A stretch of 64,000 nucleotides of DNA from a virus (Duplodnaviria > Heunggongvirae > Uroviricota > Caudoviricetes), in the IMG/VR virus record IMGVR_UViG_3300023179_004209, positions 103,832 to 167,831 of that record. The stretch is one strand, 5' to 3'. Within the stretch, counting starts at the first letter, position 1. Each line of letters begins with the position of its first letter. Below, one piece after another: positions 30,401-39,088 of this stretch. Position numbers and translations under genes: made by a program. The notes under the pieces are model-generated. The model ran no database searches and had not been told where the DNA came from. It worked only from the letters and a program-made list of their open reading frames with translations.

Positions 30401-30874
30401 TTAATATTGACGGTTAACTAAATTAATCTTGCTCAACTTAGTATAATGACTATTACAAATTATACTATGTGATTTATTTGATTGACCACCTAAAAATTGT
30501 TCTTGTACGACATTATCAATTTCATGATAACGATCATTAAATAATATCAAATCACCAACTTCTGGATAAAAACTTGCATCTTTTAAGGCTAATTCTCTAA
30601 ATTTAAATACTACAGTTTGATCTCTATCTGGTCCAAATCCTTCATCGTCTGTAGTAATATCACCACGATCAATTAAACTACTTAATTCTACACCAGAATA
30701 AAAACTTTTTCCTTCAGCAGCAACTGCTTCACCATAAATGTTTGTATTGGTTTCATTTGGTGCAATCTTAAATAAAACAACAAGTGTTTCAATAATATCA
30801 CGCATTAATTCGGCATTAAATTGATTTACCAAATTAATGTCTCGTTGACTAAAATATCTTCCAAATAATGCCAT
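30401..30874 (-). CDS. gp14: Neck / head-closure protein (T4 gp14-like)
   Basis: 'NIYGEA', 'FG....Q.VVF.F', 'PEVGDLILF..RYHEI..V' pattern; synteny. Confidence 0.7.
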   Translation of the reverse strand: MALFGRYFSQRDINLVNQFNAELMRDIIETLVVLFKIAPNETNTNIYGEAVAAEGKSFYSGVELSSLIDRGDITTDDEGFGPDRDQTVVFKFRELALKDASFYPEVGDLILFNDRYHEIDNVVQEQFLGGQSNKSHSIICNSHYTKLSKINLVNRQY

Positions 30875-30877
30875 ATA

Positions 30878-32083
30878 TTATCCTATATAAATTAATAATG
30901 GAACAGTTTTCATAATAGAAGTCATTTTTTCAGTTTCATCTGCCTTAGCTTCTATTTGAGCTTTACGACTGGTTGCTTCAAGATTTTCTCTTAATTGCGT
31001 AATTAATATTTCTTTTTCAGCTGATGCTTCACTTCTTAATTCAGAACCATCCAATGTTACTTCACCGCCAGGAATTGGAATCGTACTATATTTTTGTCTT
31101 ATTAAACCAAGATTTTCTTTACACAATGCCAAGAAATATTTCTTAACCCATTGTTTTCCAACTGCATTTAATTTATAATAAACTACATTTTGATAAGGAA
31201 CATTACTATAATCACTCACTACATCATAATTACTTCCACTACTAAATGTATTTGCACCACTCAATTTGTCTTTTTCAACTACATATTCAACATAAATTGT
31301 ATGGTCATGAGTAGGAATAGGAAATATCTTTAATTTATTATTGACAATTTCAAAACTATATGCACTCTTACGAACCATATCATTGAATTCAATTGCTTGA
31401 CCTCTCAATAAATCTTCAAATATTGGTGTCATTAAGAATTGTGTAGCAGGACTATAACCAGCAAATCCCATTTCATTCAATACGTTGCTATAACTCATAC
31501 CAGTCATACTAAATGGATCATATATACGAGCAAATGCTGGAGGAGGACCATGAAATACTCTTCTAATTTCAACTCTACTGCCTGTTTCAAGATTTGTACC
31601 AATTAAATCTTGTAAATCATATGTTTGTACACTGGATGTTAATTGAACTGGTGCTTTTTTGATATCAACATAACCACCTACACCAACTTCACTTCCGTAT
31701 CCTTTAGCTAATTGAATTATATATGGTAATCCTGTTCCAGTAACATTTTTACCAGTAATATTAGGATTATCTGCAGTGCTTAATCCTTGTAAATTCAATA
31801 AATTATTTCTGATATTAAATTGATTTACTTGAGCACCATATTCATTGACGGCTTCTTCAAAAGCAGCATAAAAATTAACATCAATCAATTCAATATCAAT
31901 GATCGGATATCCCATTCTTTTCGCAGCCCATTCTGCACTCTTTTCACAATCATATTCAAAATAACCAACACTGCCGCTCAAATATGATTCGTTTAAGTAA
32001 AATCCAAACGGTATGCTTCCAGTAGTTACCGCACTACCGCTGCCTGGCCATCTTACTCTATCTTGATCTAAATTAGCACTCAT
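30878..32083 (-). CDS. gp13: Neck / head-tail adaptor (T4 gp13-like)
   Basis: 'RMGYPIIDIEL', 'WVKKYFLALCKENLGLIRQKY..IPGGEVTLDGSELRSEA..E'. Confidence 0.85.
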   Translation of the reverse strand: MSANLDQDRVRWPGSGSAVTTGSIPFGFYLNESYLSGSVGYFEYDCEKSAEWAAKRMGYPIIDIELIDVNFYAAFEEAVNEYGAQVNQFNIRNNLLNLQGLSTADNPNITGKNVTGTGLPYIIQLAKGYGSEVGVGGYVDIKKAPVQLTSSVQTYDLQDLIGTNLETGSRVEIRRVFHGPPPAFARIYDPFSMTGMSYSNVLNEMGFAGYSPATQFLMTPIFEDLLRGQAIEFNDMVRKSAYSFEIVNNKLKIFPIPTHDHTIYVEYVVEKDKLSGANTFSSGSNYDVVSDYSNVPYQNVVYYKLNAVGKQWVKKYFLALCKENLGLIRQKYSTIPIPGGEVTLDGSELRSEASAEKEILITQLRENLEATSRKAQIEAKADETEKMTSIMKTVPLLIYIG

Positions 32084-32087
32084 TGTT

Positions 32088-32095
32088 TATAAATA
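32088..32095 (-). promoter_or_regulatory. TATTTATA late-gene motif
   Basis: Exact match 4 nt before the gp13-like ATG. Confidence 0.7.
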
Positions 32096-32097
32096 TA

Positions 32098-32361
32098 TTA
32101 TAATTTAGTTATTCTAACTTTTAAATCGCCATTTCCTTTAATAATTCTATGCCAAACTTCTTTTGGTATAAAAAGTTTACCAGACATAGTTTTTGGCAAT
32201 TCATTATCCATTTGTAATTGCCAATCAGTTGTACCAACTATTTCTACAATTCTATCTTCTCTATCTCTATGCCATTCCAAATCATCTATATCTACATTTT
32301 CTTCAAATTCTCTTAGATATAAATTATCTTGCAAATGTGTTTCTTTGAATGGAAATTCCAT
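32098..32361 (-). CDS. Small cupin-like protein
   Basis: 'WHRDREDR.V' and 'FIPKEVWHRIIKG' cupin motifs 1 and 2. Confidence 0.65.
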   Translation of the reverse strand: MEFPFKETHLQDNLYLREFEENVDIDDLEWHRDREDRIVEIVGTTDWQLQMDNELPKTMSGKLFIPKEVWHRIIKGNGDLKVRITKL

Positions 32362-32362
32362 A

Positions 32363-32974
32363 TCACCAATATTTGCCTTTACTTTTGGTACCTAATGATT
32401 TAATTCTGTGACTTCTGCAACTCCAATAACCTGCAGTTGTTCTATCTTTCTTCTGACTACATTTGTGTCTAGCTCTGAAACTCTTTCTACGAGCTTTACT
32501 ACTAGCTCTAATTCTCATTTTAGGATCGCCAAATGTAACTTTCTTTATATTACCACTTTTACCTCTAACATATACAGCAAATTTCTTTGGTCCTCCTGGA
32601 GTTCTAAATGGTCTATTAAGATGTACAGTTCTTCCTCTATGTTTTACCTCATTTAGATATTCATCTTCTTCCAATTCAATTGGCGCATCTAAATAAACTT
32701 CCATTCCTTCATATATTGCTTTACGACCAAGATCACTTTCAACAACATCTACATCGTCGTCATTCAATTCAATTAGATCTTGATTATACAATTCACGAAC
32801 TTCGTTTATCAATGAAAAATAAGATTCACTATAAGTTCTAAATATATTTTCTTCAAGAGTAAGATTATGATCCAAGTGATATTTTAAATTGGAACTAATT
32901 ACGGTATCTTGAACCAATTTCATTGGTGCATTTTTTTCTAAAATTTCATCCACTATATCTGTTAAATTTATCAT
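32363..32974 (-). CDS. Head-region protein with acidic N-half and very basic C-half
   Basis: MINLTDIVDE leader; C-half 'KKFAVYV..KKVTFGDP..RRKSFRARHKC..AGYWSC'. Confidence 0.7.
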   Translation of the reverse strand: MINLTDIVDEILEKNAPMKLVQDTVISSNLKYHLDHNLTLEENIFRTYSESYFSLINEVRELYNQDLIELNDDDVDVVESDLGRKAIYEGMEVYLDAPIELEEDEYLNEVKHRGRTVHLNRPFRTPGGPKKFAVYVRGKSGNIKKVTFGDPKMRIRASSKARRKSFRARHKCSQKKDRTTAGYWSCRSHRIKSLGTKSKGKYW

Positions 32975-32978
32975 ATAA

Positions 32979-32986
32979 TATAAATA
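32979..32986 (-). promoter_or_regulatory. TATTTATA late-gene motif
   Basis: Exact match after the capsid terminator, 4 nt before the ATG at 32974. Confidence 0.72.
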
Positions 32987-32998
32987 GAATTACAAAAT

Positions 32999-33025
32999 AA
33001 AAAACCCCGGCATTTCTGCCGGGGT
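32999..33025 (-). terminator. Intrinsic terminator after the major capsid gene
   Basis: GC stem ACCCCGGCA / TGCCGGGGT with an A-run at 32999-33004. Confidence 0.88.
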
Positions 33026-33051
33026 CATTGTTTAATCTATCTTAGTATTGA

Positions 33052-34734
33052 TTAGATTTGATCTAGGTCAGATACGTAGATCTTACCATAGAATTCAGGA
33101 CGTACTACCTTCTTAGCATAACGAGTCAATACACCTCTACGTGGAGTGAAGTTAATTGGATCGTATACCAATGGAGTTTGTACTAGTGGGATGTATGGGG
33201 AATATACAGCACCGGTTTCTAGGAAGTTATTTCCACGGAAGCCCATCAAGATGGTGTTTTCTTGCATATATGGGTTCTTGTAGACTTGGAAGCGACTTGC
33301 GAAGCTACCAACACGACTTACGCCCATTGCGAACTTAGCAGAATCACCATCAGTATTTACAACGTATCCTGGGATTGATTCCAAGATGGTTGCTACGTCT
33401 GGACCTACTACTAGGAAGTTTGCACCACCACGAAGAGTCAATTGATGAATCTTGTTGCTTACCTTTTGGATCTTGTTGCCAAGAGTTTGGTACCAAGTGC
33501 TCTTTACGTAAGCAGTACGATTTGTTGAATCGTTGTTTACGGTGAAAGTTGGGAGACCATTAGAGTCATTTGCACCCTTGATGATGTCCTTACCGATTAC
33601 TGCAGACCATCCTTCAGTTGTCAATGCTGGAGCAGCATTGATCAACATGTCCATGATTTCAAGATCAATTTCCATTGATACATATTCACTCAAGAGAGCA
33701 GTCAATTCTGCTTCTGCATCAATGCTGTGGTAAGCATTCAAGTCTTGAGCCAATTCTGGGGTCCAGACTGCCTTTAACTTACGGGTCTTAGCAACGATTG
33801 GTTCGCTCTTAAGTTCCAAGTTAACTTCTGGAATGTTGATATCGGTACCTTGGTTAATACCGCCACTTGAACCAGCTGTTCCTTTGAATGGATTGGTATC
33901 TTCAAAGTCACCACGGGTACTGTCAGTAGGTTGTACAGTGTAAGTTAATACAGCATTTCCTGGGAAAACTGGTGATTGTGAACCAGTTACGATGAATTGA
34001 ATTCTGTAATATGGAGAAGCCAAAGAACCTGTATTGTATACCTTGGTCAATTCATTGATTTGTAGTGTTGGATCGATTCCTGAACCGCTCAAAGCAAAAC
34101 TTCTTACTGCGTTCAAGTCAATTCTTGCACTGCTATTGTCGCCAACGTTTACGGTAATCTTTTTCCAAGATCCTGTAGCAACATAGGTTGAATCCAAATC
34201 AACATCACTGAAACTTACAGAACCAGTTGCATATGAAAATGATGCTGATTGATAGTTTTCAGTATAAGCATAACGACCTACACCATATAGACCGTTTACA
34301 GCTGCATCGGTAGAACCAAGTTTGGTGCTGTTACCACCGAATAGTGATTGACCGTTATAACCGTTTTGACCTGGCAAATTACCACGGGTAGTACCATACT
34401 TGAAGTCAAGATAGAAGATTAGACCGGATGGTAGGTTCATTGGTTGTACTGAAACGAATTCCTTAGCGGAAATTTCAGCGAACACACGGCGAACCAATGG
34501 AAGAGCTACGCCTGCCCATTGTTCACTGTTTGCAGAAGTACCAGTAGCGGTAGCTTCGTTCAACAATTGTTGTGCTTGATTTTCAAGCAAAATGGACATG
34601 TGTGCCTTATCGACACCTTCTAGTCCTTCAAGAAGACCAGTCTTGTCCCATTTGCTTTGCAATCCACGGGTTTCAGTCATCAACTTAGCCTGTGGATTCA
34701 TATTATTTGTCAATAATGATTTAATATCACTCAT
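33052..34734 (-). CDS. gp23: Major capsid protein (T4 gp23 family)
   Basis: 'LPLVRRVF', 'VQPMNLPSGLIF', 'AKTRKLKAVWTPELAQDLNAYHSIDAEAEL', 'YSPYIPL', 'FTPRRGVLTRYA'. Confidence 0.97.
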   Translation of the reverse strand: MSDIKSLLTNNMNPQAKLMTETRGLQSKWDKTGLLEGLEGVDKAHMSILLENQAQQLLNEATATGTSANSEQWAGVALPLVRRVFAEISAKEFVSVQPMNLPSGLIFYLDFKYGTTRGNLPGQNGYNGQSLFGGNSTKLGSTDAAVNGLYGVGRYAYTENYQSASFSYATGSVSFSDVDLDSTYVATGSWKKITVNVGDNSSARIDLNAVRSFALSGSGIDPTLQINELTKVYNTGSLASPYYRIQFIVTGSQSPVFPGNAVLTYTVQPTDSTRGDFEDTNPFKGTAGSSGGINQGTDINIPEVNLELKSEPIVAKTRKLKAVWTPELAQDLNAYHSIDAEAELTALLSEYVSMEIDLEIMDMLINAAPALTTEGWSAVIGKDIIKGANDSNGLPTFTVNNDSTNRTAYVKSTWYQTLGNKIQKVSNKIHQLTLRGGANFLVVGPDVATILESIPGYVVNTDGDSAKFAMGVSRVGSFASRFQVYKNPYMQENTILMGFRGNNFLETGAVYSPYIPLVQTPLVYDPINFTPRRGVLTRYAKKVVRPEFYGKIYVSDLDQI

Positions 34735-34782
34735 AATTTGAATTTATTTTATAGTTAGTTTTTACTCACCTTAATTTAACTT

Positions 34783-35844
34783 TTACTTCTTAATTCCGGC
34801 GAGCTTTTGGAATCTTGAAGCCATCACGTTGCTGTTTTCTACAATCAATTCCTTTGCAGGAGCTGTTGATGCAACTGGTTTACTTGCCAAACCTTCGGTG
34901 ATTGTTTTTGCAGTTGTATTAGTCTTTTTGACAACTGATCCACCTAAACTATATGATTCGGACAAAATAGTATAACTCAACTTGACTTCACGGATGGACT
35001 TAGCCAAGTCGAATGTTTCCACAACCTTAAGTTTTTGCTTTTGGTCGAGGTTAAATTGATTAAATAGTTTATTTGTATATAGCAACTTAGCATTCAACAA
35101 ATTAACTTCGTTAAGTTGATCACGGAGATATTGAACAGTAGACATAGCTTCGTTCAATTCGGCTTGAAGAGATTCGTCAACCTTTTCATCTTCAATCTTT
35201 TCATCTACTTTTTCTTCTTTTTCGTCTTCTTCTTTTTCTTCCTTTTCTTCATTGACAATGGATTCTTCCATTTCTTCTTCTTCGGTTTCTTCTTCGTTCA
35301 ATGAATCAAGAAGTTCTTGTAGATCAACGACTTCTTCTCCTTCAGCTTCTTCAGCTACTGGAGCAGGAGCAGGTGCTGGTGCTGCTGCGGTTGGATCAAC
35401 GGGAGCAGGTGCTGGTGCAACTGGAGCTGCCATTGGATCAACTGGTGCAGGTGCTGGTGCTGCTGCGGTTGGATCAACGGGAGCAGGTGCTGGTGCAACT
35501 GGAACATTTGGGTCAACTTGACCGGCTTCATCCAATTCACCTTCCAATTCAGCAAGAATTTCATTTAATTCTTCGTCTGTAATTTCCATTTCACCTTCAT
35601 CGACATATCTATCGATTCTCAATGGATGTTCACCATGATCATCGACATCTGATTTATCACCAGTTGGATCTGGATTTGCAATATCAGATGAACTTAAATC
35701 TGCGATTTCGTTTTTTAATTTTTCAGCTAACATAGCTTCTAGTTTTGGTTGGAATGCTTCTTCCAACGCTGCTTTTGCATTTGCAAGTGCTGTAGCACGT
35801 ACAGCCTTAGCGTCAGCAATAGCTTCTTTTAATAGATTTGACAT
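34783..35844 (-). CDS. Prohead core scaffold protein (T4 gp22-like)
   Basis: Acidic coiled coil directly upstream of the capsid gene, many (L/I/V)xE sites, Pro/Ala linker. Confidence 0.8.
   Translation of the reverse strand: MSNLLKEAIADAKAVRATALANAKAALEEAFQPKLEAMLAEKLKNEIADLSSSDIANPDPTGDKSDVDDHGEHPLRIDRYVDEGEMEITDEELNEILAELEGELDEAGQVDPNVPVAPAPAPVDPTAAAPAPAPVDPMAAPVAPAPAPVDPTAAAPAPAPAPVAEEAEGEEVVDLQELLDSLNEEETEEEEMEESIVNEEKEEKEEDEKEEKVDEKIEDEKVDESLQAELNEAMSTVQYLRDQLNEVNLLNAKLLYTNKLFNQFNLDQKQKLKVVETFDLAKSIREVKLSYTILSESYSLGGSVVKKTNTTAKTITEGLASKPVASTAPAKELIVENSNVMASRFQKLAGIKK
35369..35503. repeat. Two identical 57-bp direct repeats (period 78 bp) encoding a PAPAPVDP linker
   Basis: 35369-35425 equals 35447-35503 by direct reading. 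Confidence 0.9.
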
Positions 35845-35949
35845 ATTTATTTTCCTTATTTGTGTGAAGTTATTGAGGATATGAACTTCAATGAAGATTA
35901 ATTAATTATATGTTGCGACAAAGGAAATGTCGTATTACTGTTAAATAAA

Positions 35950-35957
35950 TATAAATA
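35950..35957 (-). promoter_or_regulatory. TATTTATA motif for the scaffold-capsid operon
   Basis: Exact match ~105 nt upstream of the scaffold ATG. Confidence 0.65.
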
Positions 35958-35985
35958 AAAAATTGAAAGTAATAAAAAATATTGA

Positions 35986-35993
35986 TATTTATA
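35986..35993 (+). promoter_or_regulatory. TATTTATA motif for the plus-strand gene pair
   Basis: Exact match on the plus strand 5 nt before the ATG at 35999; orientation follows the gene. Confidence 0.72.
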
Positions 35994-35998
35994 GTATT

Positions 35999-36589
35999 AT
36001 GCCATATAAAATCAAAGGTAAATGTATTTATAACAAAGACACTGGTAAAAAAATGGGATGCACTGATGGGGATGTTCAAAAATATCTACGTGCATTATAT
36101 GCAAATGTACCAGACGCAAAAAAGAATGAAATACGATCAAAATTGAAAGAAATATTTCGTAGATCATTTGCAAAGATGTTAAATGAAACCGCTGAACTTA
36201 ATAAGAAAAATGTTAAGTTTAGAGATGAATTAAATAAAAATCAAGGACTTGATTTTAAACCATATGAAGTTGCAAAAATTGCAGAAGTAACAGGCCCAGT
36301 CAATAATAAAAACGCTGGATCTGGTATGGAATTGAGTTTTGATAAAGAATTTAATGAAAATACAATTAAGTTTGTAATTAAGAAATTAAAAAACGAAGAA
36401 GATGATACAAAGAATTCTTTTAAATATGGTGTATGGTACACTGAATACCAAAATGAAGAAGACTTTGATAAACCTTCAGCAGAAATTCGTTATAAGTTAT
36501 CCGATCCAATTACTAATGATACTGGTGAAGGGCAAATAAAAAATAAATTATATAGCTTCATAAAAGACGCAATTAAAATTAATAATTAA
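35999..36589 (+). CDS. Hypothetical protein (start revised from 35963 to the ATG at 35999, MPYKIKGK...)
   Basis: The ATG at 35999 lies 5 nt after a sense-strand TATTTATA motif, as for many other genes here. Confidence 0.7.
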   Translation: MPYKIKGKCIYNKDTGKKMGCTDGDVQKYLRALYANVPDAKKNEIRSKLKEIFRRSFAKMLNETAELNKKNVKFRDELNKNQGLDFKPYEVAKIAEVTGPVNNKNAGSGMELSFDKEFNENTIKFVIKKLKNEEDDTKNSFKYGVWYTEYQNEEDFDKPSAEIRYKLSDPITNDTGEGQIKNKLYSFIKDAIKINN

Positions 36590-36591
36590 TT

Positions 36592-36900
36592 ATGACACAC
36601 TTAAAATCATTCTTAACAAAGGAAAGTGGAGAAAAAGAATATAAGTTGGATGATATAGATCATCCAAACGGATGGGATTGGAAAGAATTGGATATGTTAT
36701 ATGGAATGGGATTTGAACCAGAAGGTGATGCACGACTTGTATTAAAAGTAAAAAATCAGAAAGACATGGATGATTACACTTATAAAATATATAAAACAGA
36801 CGATGATTATATTTTATTAATAAATGATACCAAACATTTATTTAAATCATTCAGTGATATGTTAAATAAAATAGATGAACTTGGTTCAATAGAAATTTAA
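36592..36900 (+). CDS. Hypothetical protein (102 aa)
   Basis: Second gene of the small plus-strand pair; leader MTHLKSFLTKE. Confidence 0.7.
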   Translation: MTHLKSFLTKESGEKEYKLDDIDHPNGWDWKELDMLYGMGFEPEGDARLVLKVKNQKDMDDYTYKIYKTDDDYILLINDTKHLFKSFSDMLNKIDELGSIEI

Positions 36901-36905
36901 AAAAT

Positions 36906-36933
36906 AAACCCCACTGTAAAAAGTGGGGTTTTT
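36906..36933. terminator. Bidirectional intrinsic terminator
   Basis: Stem AAACCCCACT / AGTGGGGTTT flanked by A- and T-runs, between convergent genes. Confidence 0.85.
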
Positions 36934-36952
36934 CATTTCTATTTATAATTTT

Positions 36953-37393
36953 TTATTTTTGTGGATCTTTGATCTCAAAATATTTTTCTAAAATATTACC
37001 CATATCTTCATATAGGCTAACCATTTCATTATTTTGTTGTTGAGATTTAGCAGCATTTTTCTTAAATGCTTCAGACATCTTCTTCAATTCCTTGAAATGA
37101 CGAATTGCAGTATTTTCTTGCATCCAATCACCACATTCATTCAATGCATATGTTTCGGCATATTGAGAGATTTTATCAATATTTTCAGCAATCTTCATCA
37201 ATTGATGATATTCATAAAGAACTTTTCCATATTCATTATAATTATGTACCAATTCATAAAGAGCTTTTTTCTCTTCTTTGGTAAGTGTCTTTACTGCTGC
37301 TGGAGTTTCTCCTACAACTTGTAGTGTTGGTTGTGGAGATTGGACTTCTGGTTTGATGCCCAATGCTTCTGCAATTTCGGTTAATTTAATCAT
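36953..37393 (-). CDS. Hypothetical helical head-region protein (146 aa)
   Basis: MIKLTEIAE leader; upstream TATTTATA. Confidence 0.75.
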   Translation of the reverse strand: MIKLTEIAEALGIKPEVQSPQPTLQVVGETPAAVKTLTKEEKKALYELVHNYNEYGKVLYEYHQLMKIAENIDKISQYAETYALNECGDWMQENTAIRHFKELKKMSEAFKKNAAKSQQQNNEMVSLYEDMGNILEKYFEIKDPQK

Positions 37394-37397
37394 ATGA

Positions 37398-37405
37398 TAT
37401 AAATA
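37398..37405 (-). promoter_or_regulatory. TATTTATA late-gene motif
   Basis: Exact match 4 nt before the ATG at 37393. Confidence 0.7.
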
Positions 37406-39088
37406 TTATCTTAATTTGAAAATGTTCTTGTTTTTACTACTAATAGATTCAAATAGTTTATTTTCTGGTATAATCTTATCTTTTATAAATTTTATTTGGT
37501 TTTTATTTATACCAACAAAGATTACATTGTTAATTTTATTATTGACTTGTATTATATTTTTAAGTGTTAAAAATATGCTCTTGATCATTTTACCAATAGC
37601 ATCATCAATTTTTTGAGATAAATAATTTGAAATTAATTGATTTAATTCGGTTACATTTTTACCGCCGGATAATGTAGAATTTTTAGAAAACTCTATTGCT
37701 AAAGTATTGATTAGTTTACGTTTAAATAACATTCCCAATTTATTTACTTCCACTAATTTAATTTCAGTAAACAATTTAGGTTCTTCTGATTTTAATGCAT
37801 TGGAATTTAAAGAAAATTCAAATCTAATTCTATTTTTCATATTACATTTTATTTTATATGATGTAATATTATCATTATCAATTTTAAATGCCATTAATGT
37901 TTTTGACTCATTTGGTAATCTAGTATTAGAATTATCATTTAACTTTGAATTTAATATTTTTTCCGGATAAATTATAGTTAATCCGCTTAAAAATTCGTCT
38001 GTAATATATTCATCCAATTTGGCTTTTAATTCGTTTGTTAAACCATCTGCAGCGGAACCAGATACAGGTTCTGTTGTTGGAGTAGATGTACCTACAACTT
38101 TTTGATCTATATAATCAACAATATATTTAAATCTTTCTCCTTGTCTTTTCATCCAGTTAAGAACATTTTCTGGATTATAATTTGACATGTCTGGATTTGG
38201 TTGTATCTTAAAATACCAACTCAAATCTTTGAGAAAATCCAAGTATAATTCGGATTGTTCAGAATTTAATGCTTCCTTAATTATTCTTTCAGGAATTACA
38301 GATCTTCTTGCAGGATTAATTATTAAAGTTGCACTATAAGAAGTTCCCGCATCTTTATTTGCTACAGTAGAAATTGAATCAGAATATAATGTTTTATAAC
38401 TTACTGAATTATTTATTGATGCGGATATAGTTGAATAAGCATTCAAAAATTCAGGTTTAATCCAATATTCTAAAAATTGACCTCTTGATTCGGTTCCAAT
38501 ATATTTTTTATCTATTACGTTATTATTTACTAAACCTGAAACATCAAGATTACCTTTAAAAGTAGAACTAGTAACAAATAAAATAGGAGATATTTTATAT
38601 GCAGCTGTATATCCACTATTAATTGTTATATTATCAGCTCTTGGTTGTTGAAAAATTTTGATTAAATCGGTATTTAAATTTTTAGGAGTAGTAATATATT
38701 CTCTAGACTCTGTAGATGTAGATCCAGTAACAGAACCTGTTGTAGCAGTTGTAGGTGTCGTAGATCCAGTAACTGAGCCTGTAACAGCAACTGAACCAGT
38801 AGGTGATGCAGTTGGAGTTACTGATGATGTCGATGCAGTAGAACTCGTCGTAGTTGTAGAACCGGATGGTGTAGTTAATATTGGTGATGTAGCTACTGAT
38901 GGCGTAATTTTTTCAAACTTTTCTTTAAATCTTAAAAATAAAGTTTCTACTCCTTTATCTTTACTATCAGTCGTTACATCTCCAGCGCCTAATACATTTT
39001 TAATTCCTTGACCAAATCTTGATAGATTTGCTCTAAACATATCTGATGCTGCTTCATTAACTTTACGATTCATATCATTTAATTTCAC
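37406..39088 (-). CDS. Hypothetical protein with a Thr/Ser-rich linker (560 aa)
   Basis: Overlaps the protease stop; TGSV repeats; several xxE sites. Confidence 0.7.
   Translation of the reverse strand: MKLNDMNRKVNEAASDMFRANLSRFGQGIKNVLGAGDVTTDSKDKGVETLFLRFKEKFEKITPSVATSPILTTPSGSTTTTSSTASTSSVTPTASPTGSVAVTGSVTGSTTPTTATTGSVTGSTSTESREYITTPKNLNTDLIKIFQQPRADNITINSGYTAAYKISPILFVTSSTFKGNLDVSGLVNNNVIDKKYIGTESRGQFLEYWIKPEFLNAYSTISASINNSVSYKTLYSDSISTVANKDAGTSYSATLIINPARRSVIPERIIKEALNSEQSELYLDFLKDLSWYFKIQPNPDMSNYNPENVLNWMKRQGERFKYIVDYIDQKVVGTSTPTTEPVSGSAADGLTNELKAKLDEYITDEFLSGLTIIYPEKILNSKLNDNSNTRLPNESKTLMAFKIDNDNITSYKIKCNMKNRIRFEFSLNSNALKSEEPKLFTEIKLVEVNKLGMLFKRKLINTLAIEFSKNSTLSGGKNVTELNQLISNYLSQKIDDAIGKMIKSIFLTLKNIIQVNNKINNVIFVGINKNQIKFIKDKIIPENKLFESISSKNKNIFKLR

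Noticed and set aside
35360-35520. GC-rich repeats as a CRISPR array
   Set aside because: In-frame coding repeats (PAPAPVDP) with only two long copies, no unique spacer series and no cas genes
35963-35998. ORF-track start at 35963
   Set aside because: Non-ATG start running through the regulatory motif; the ATG at 35999 fits the spacing seen at other genes
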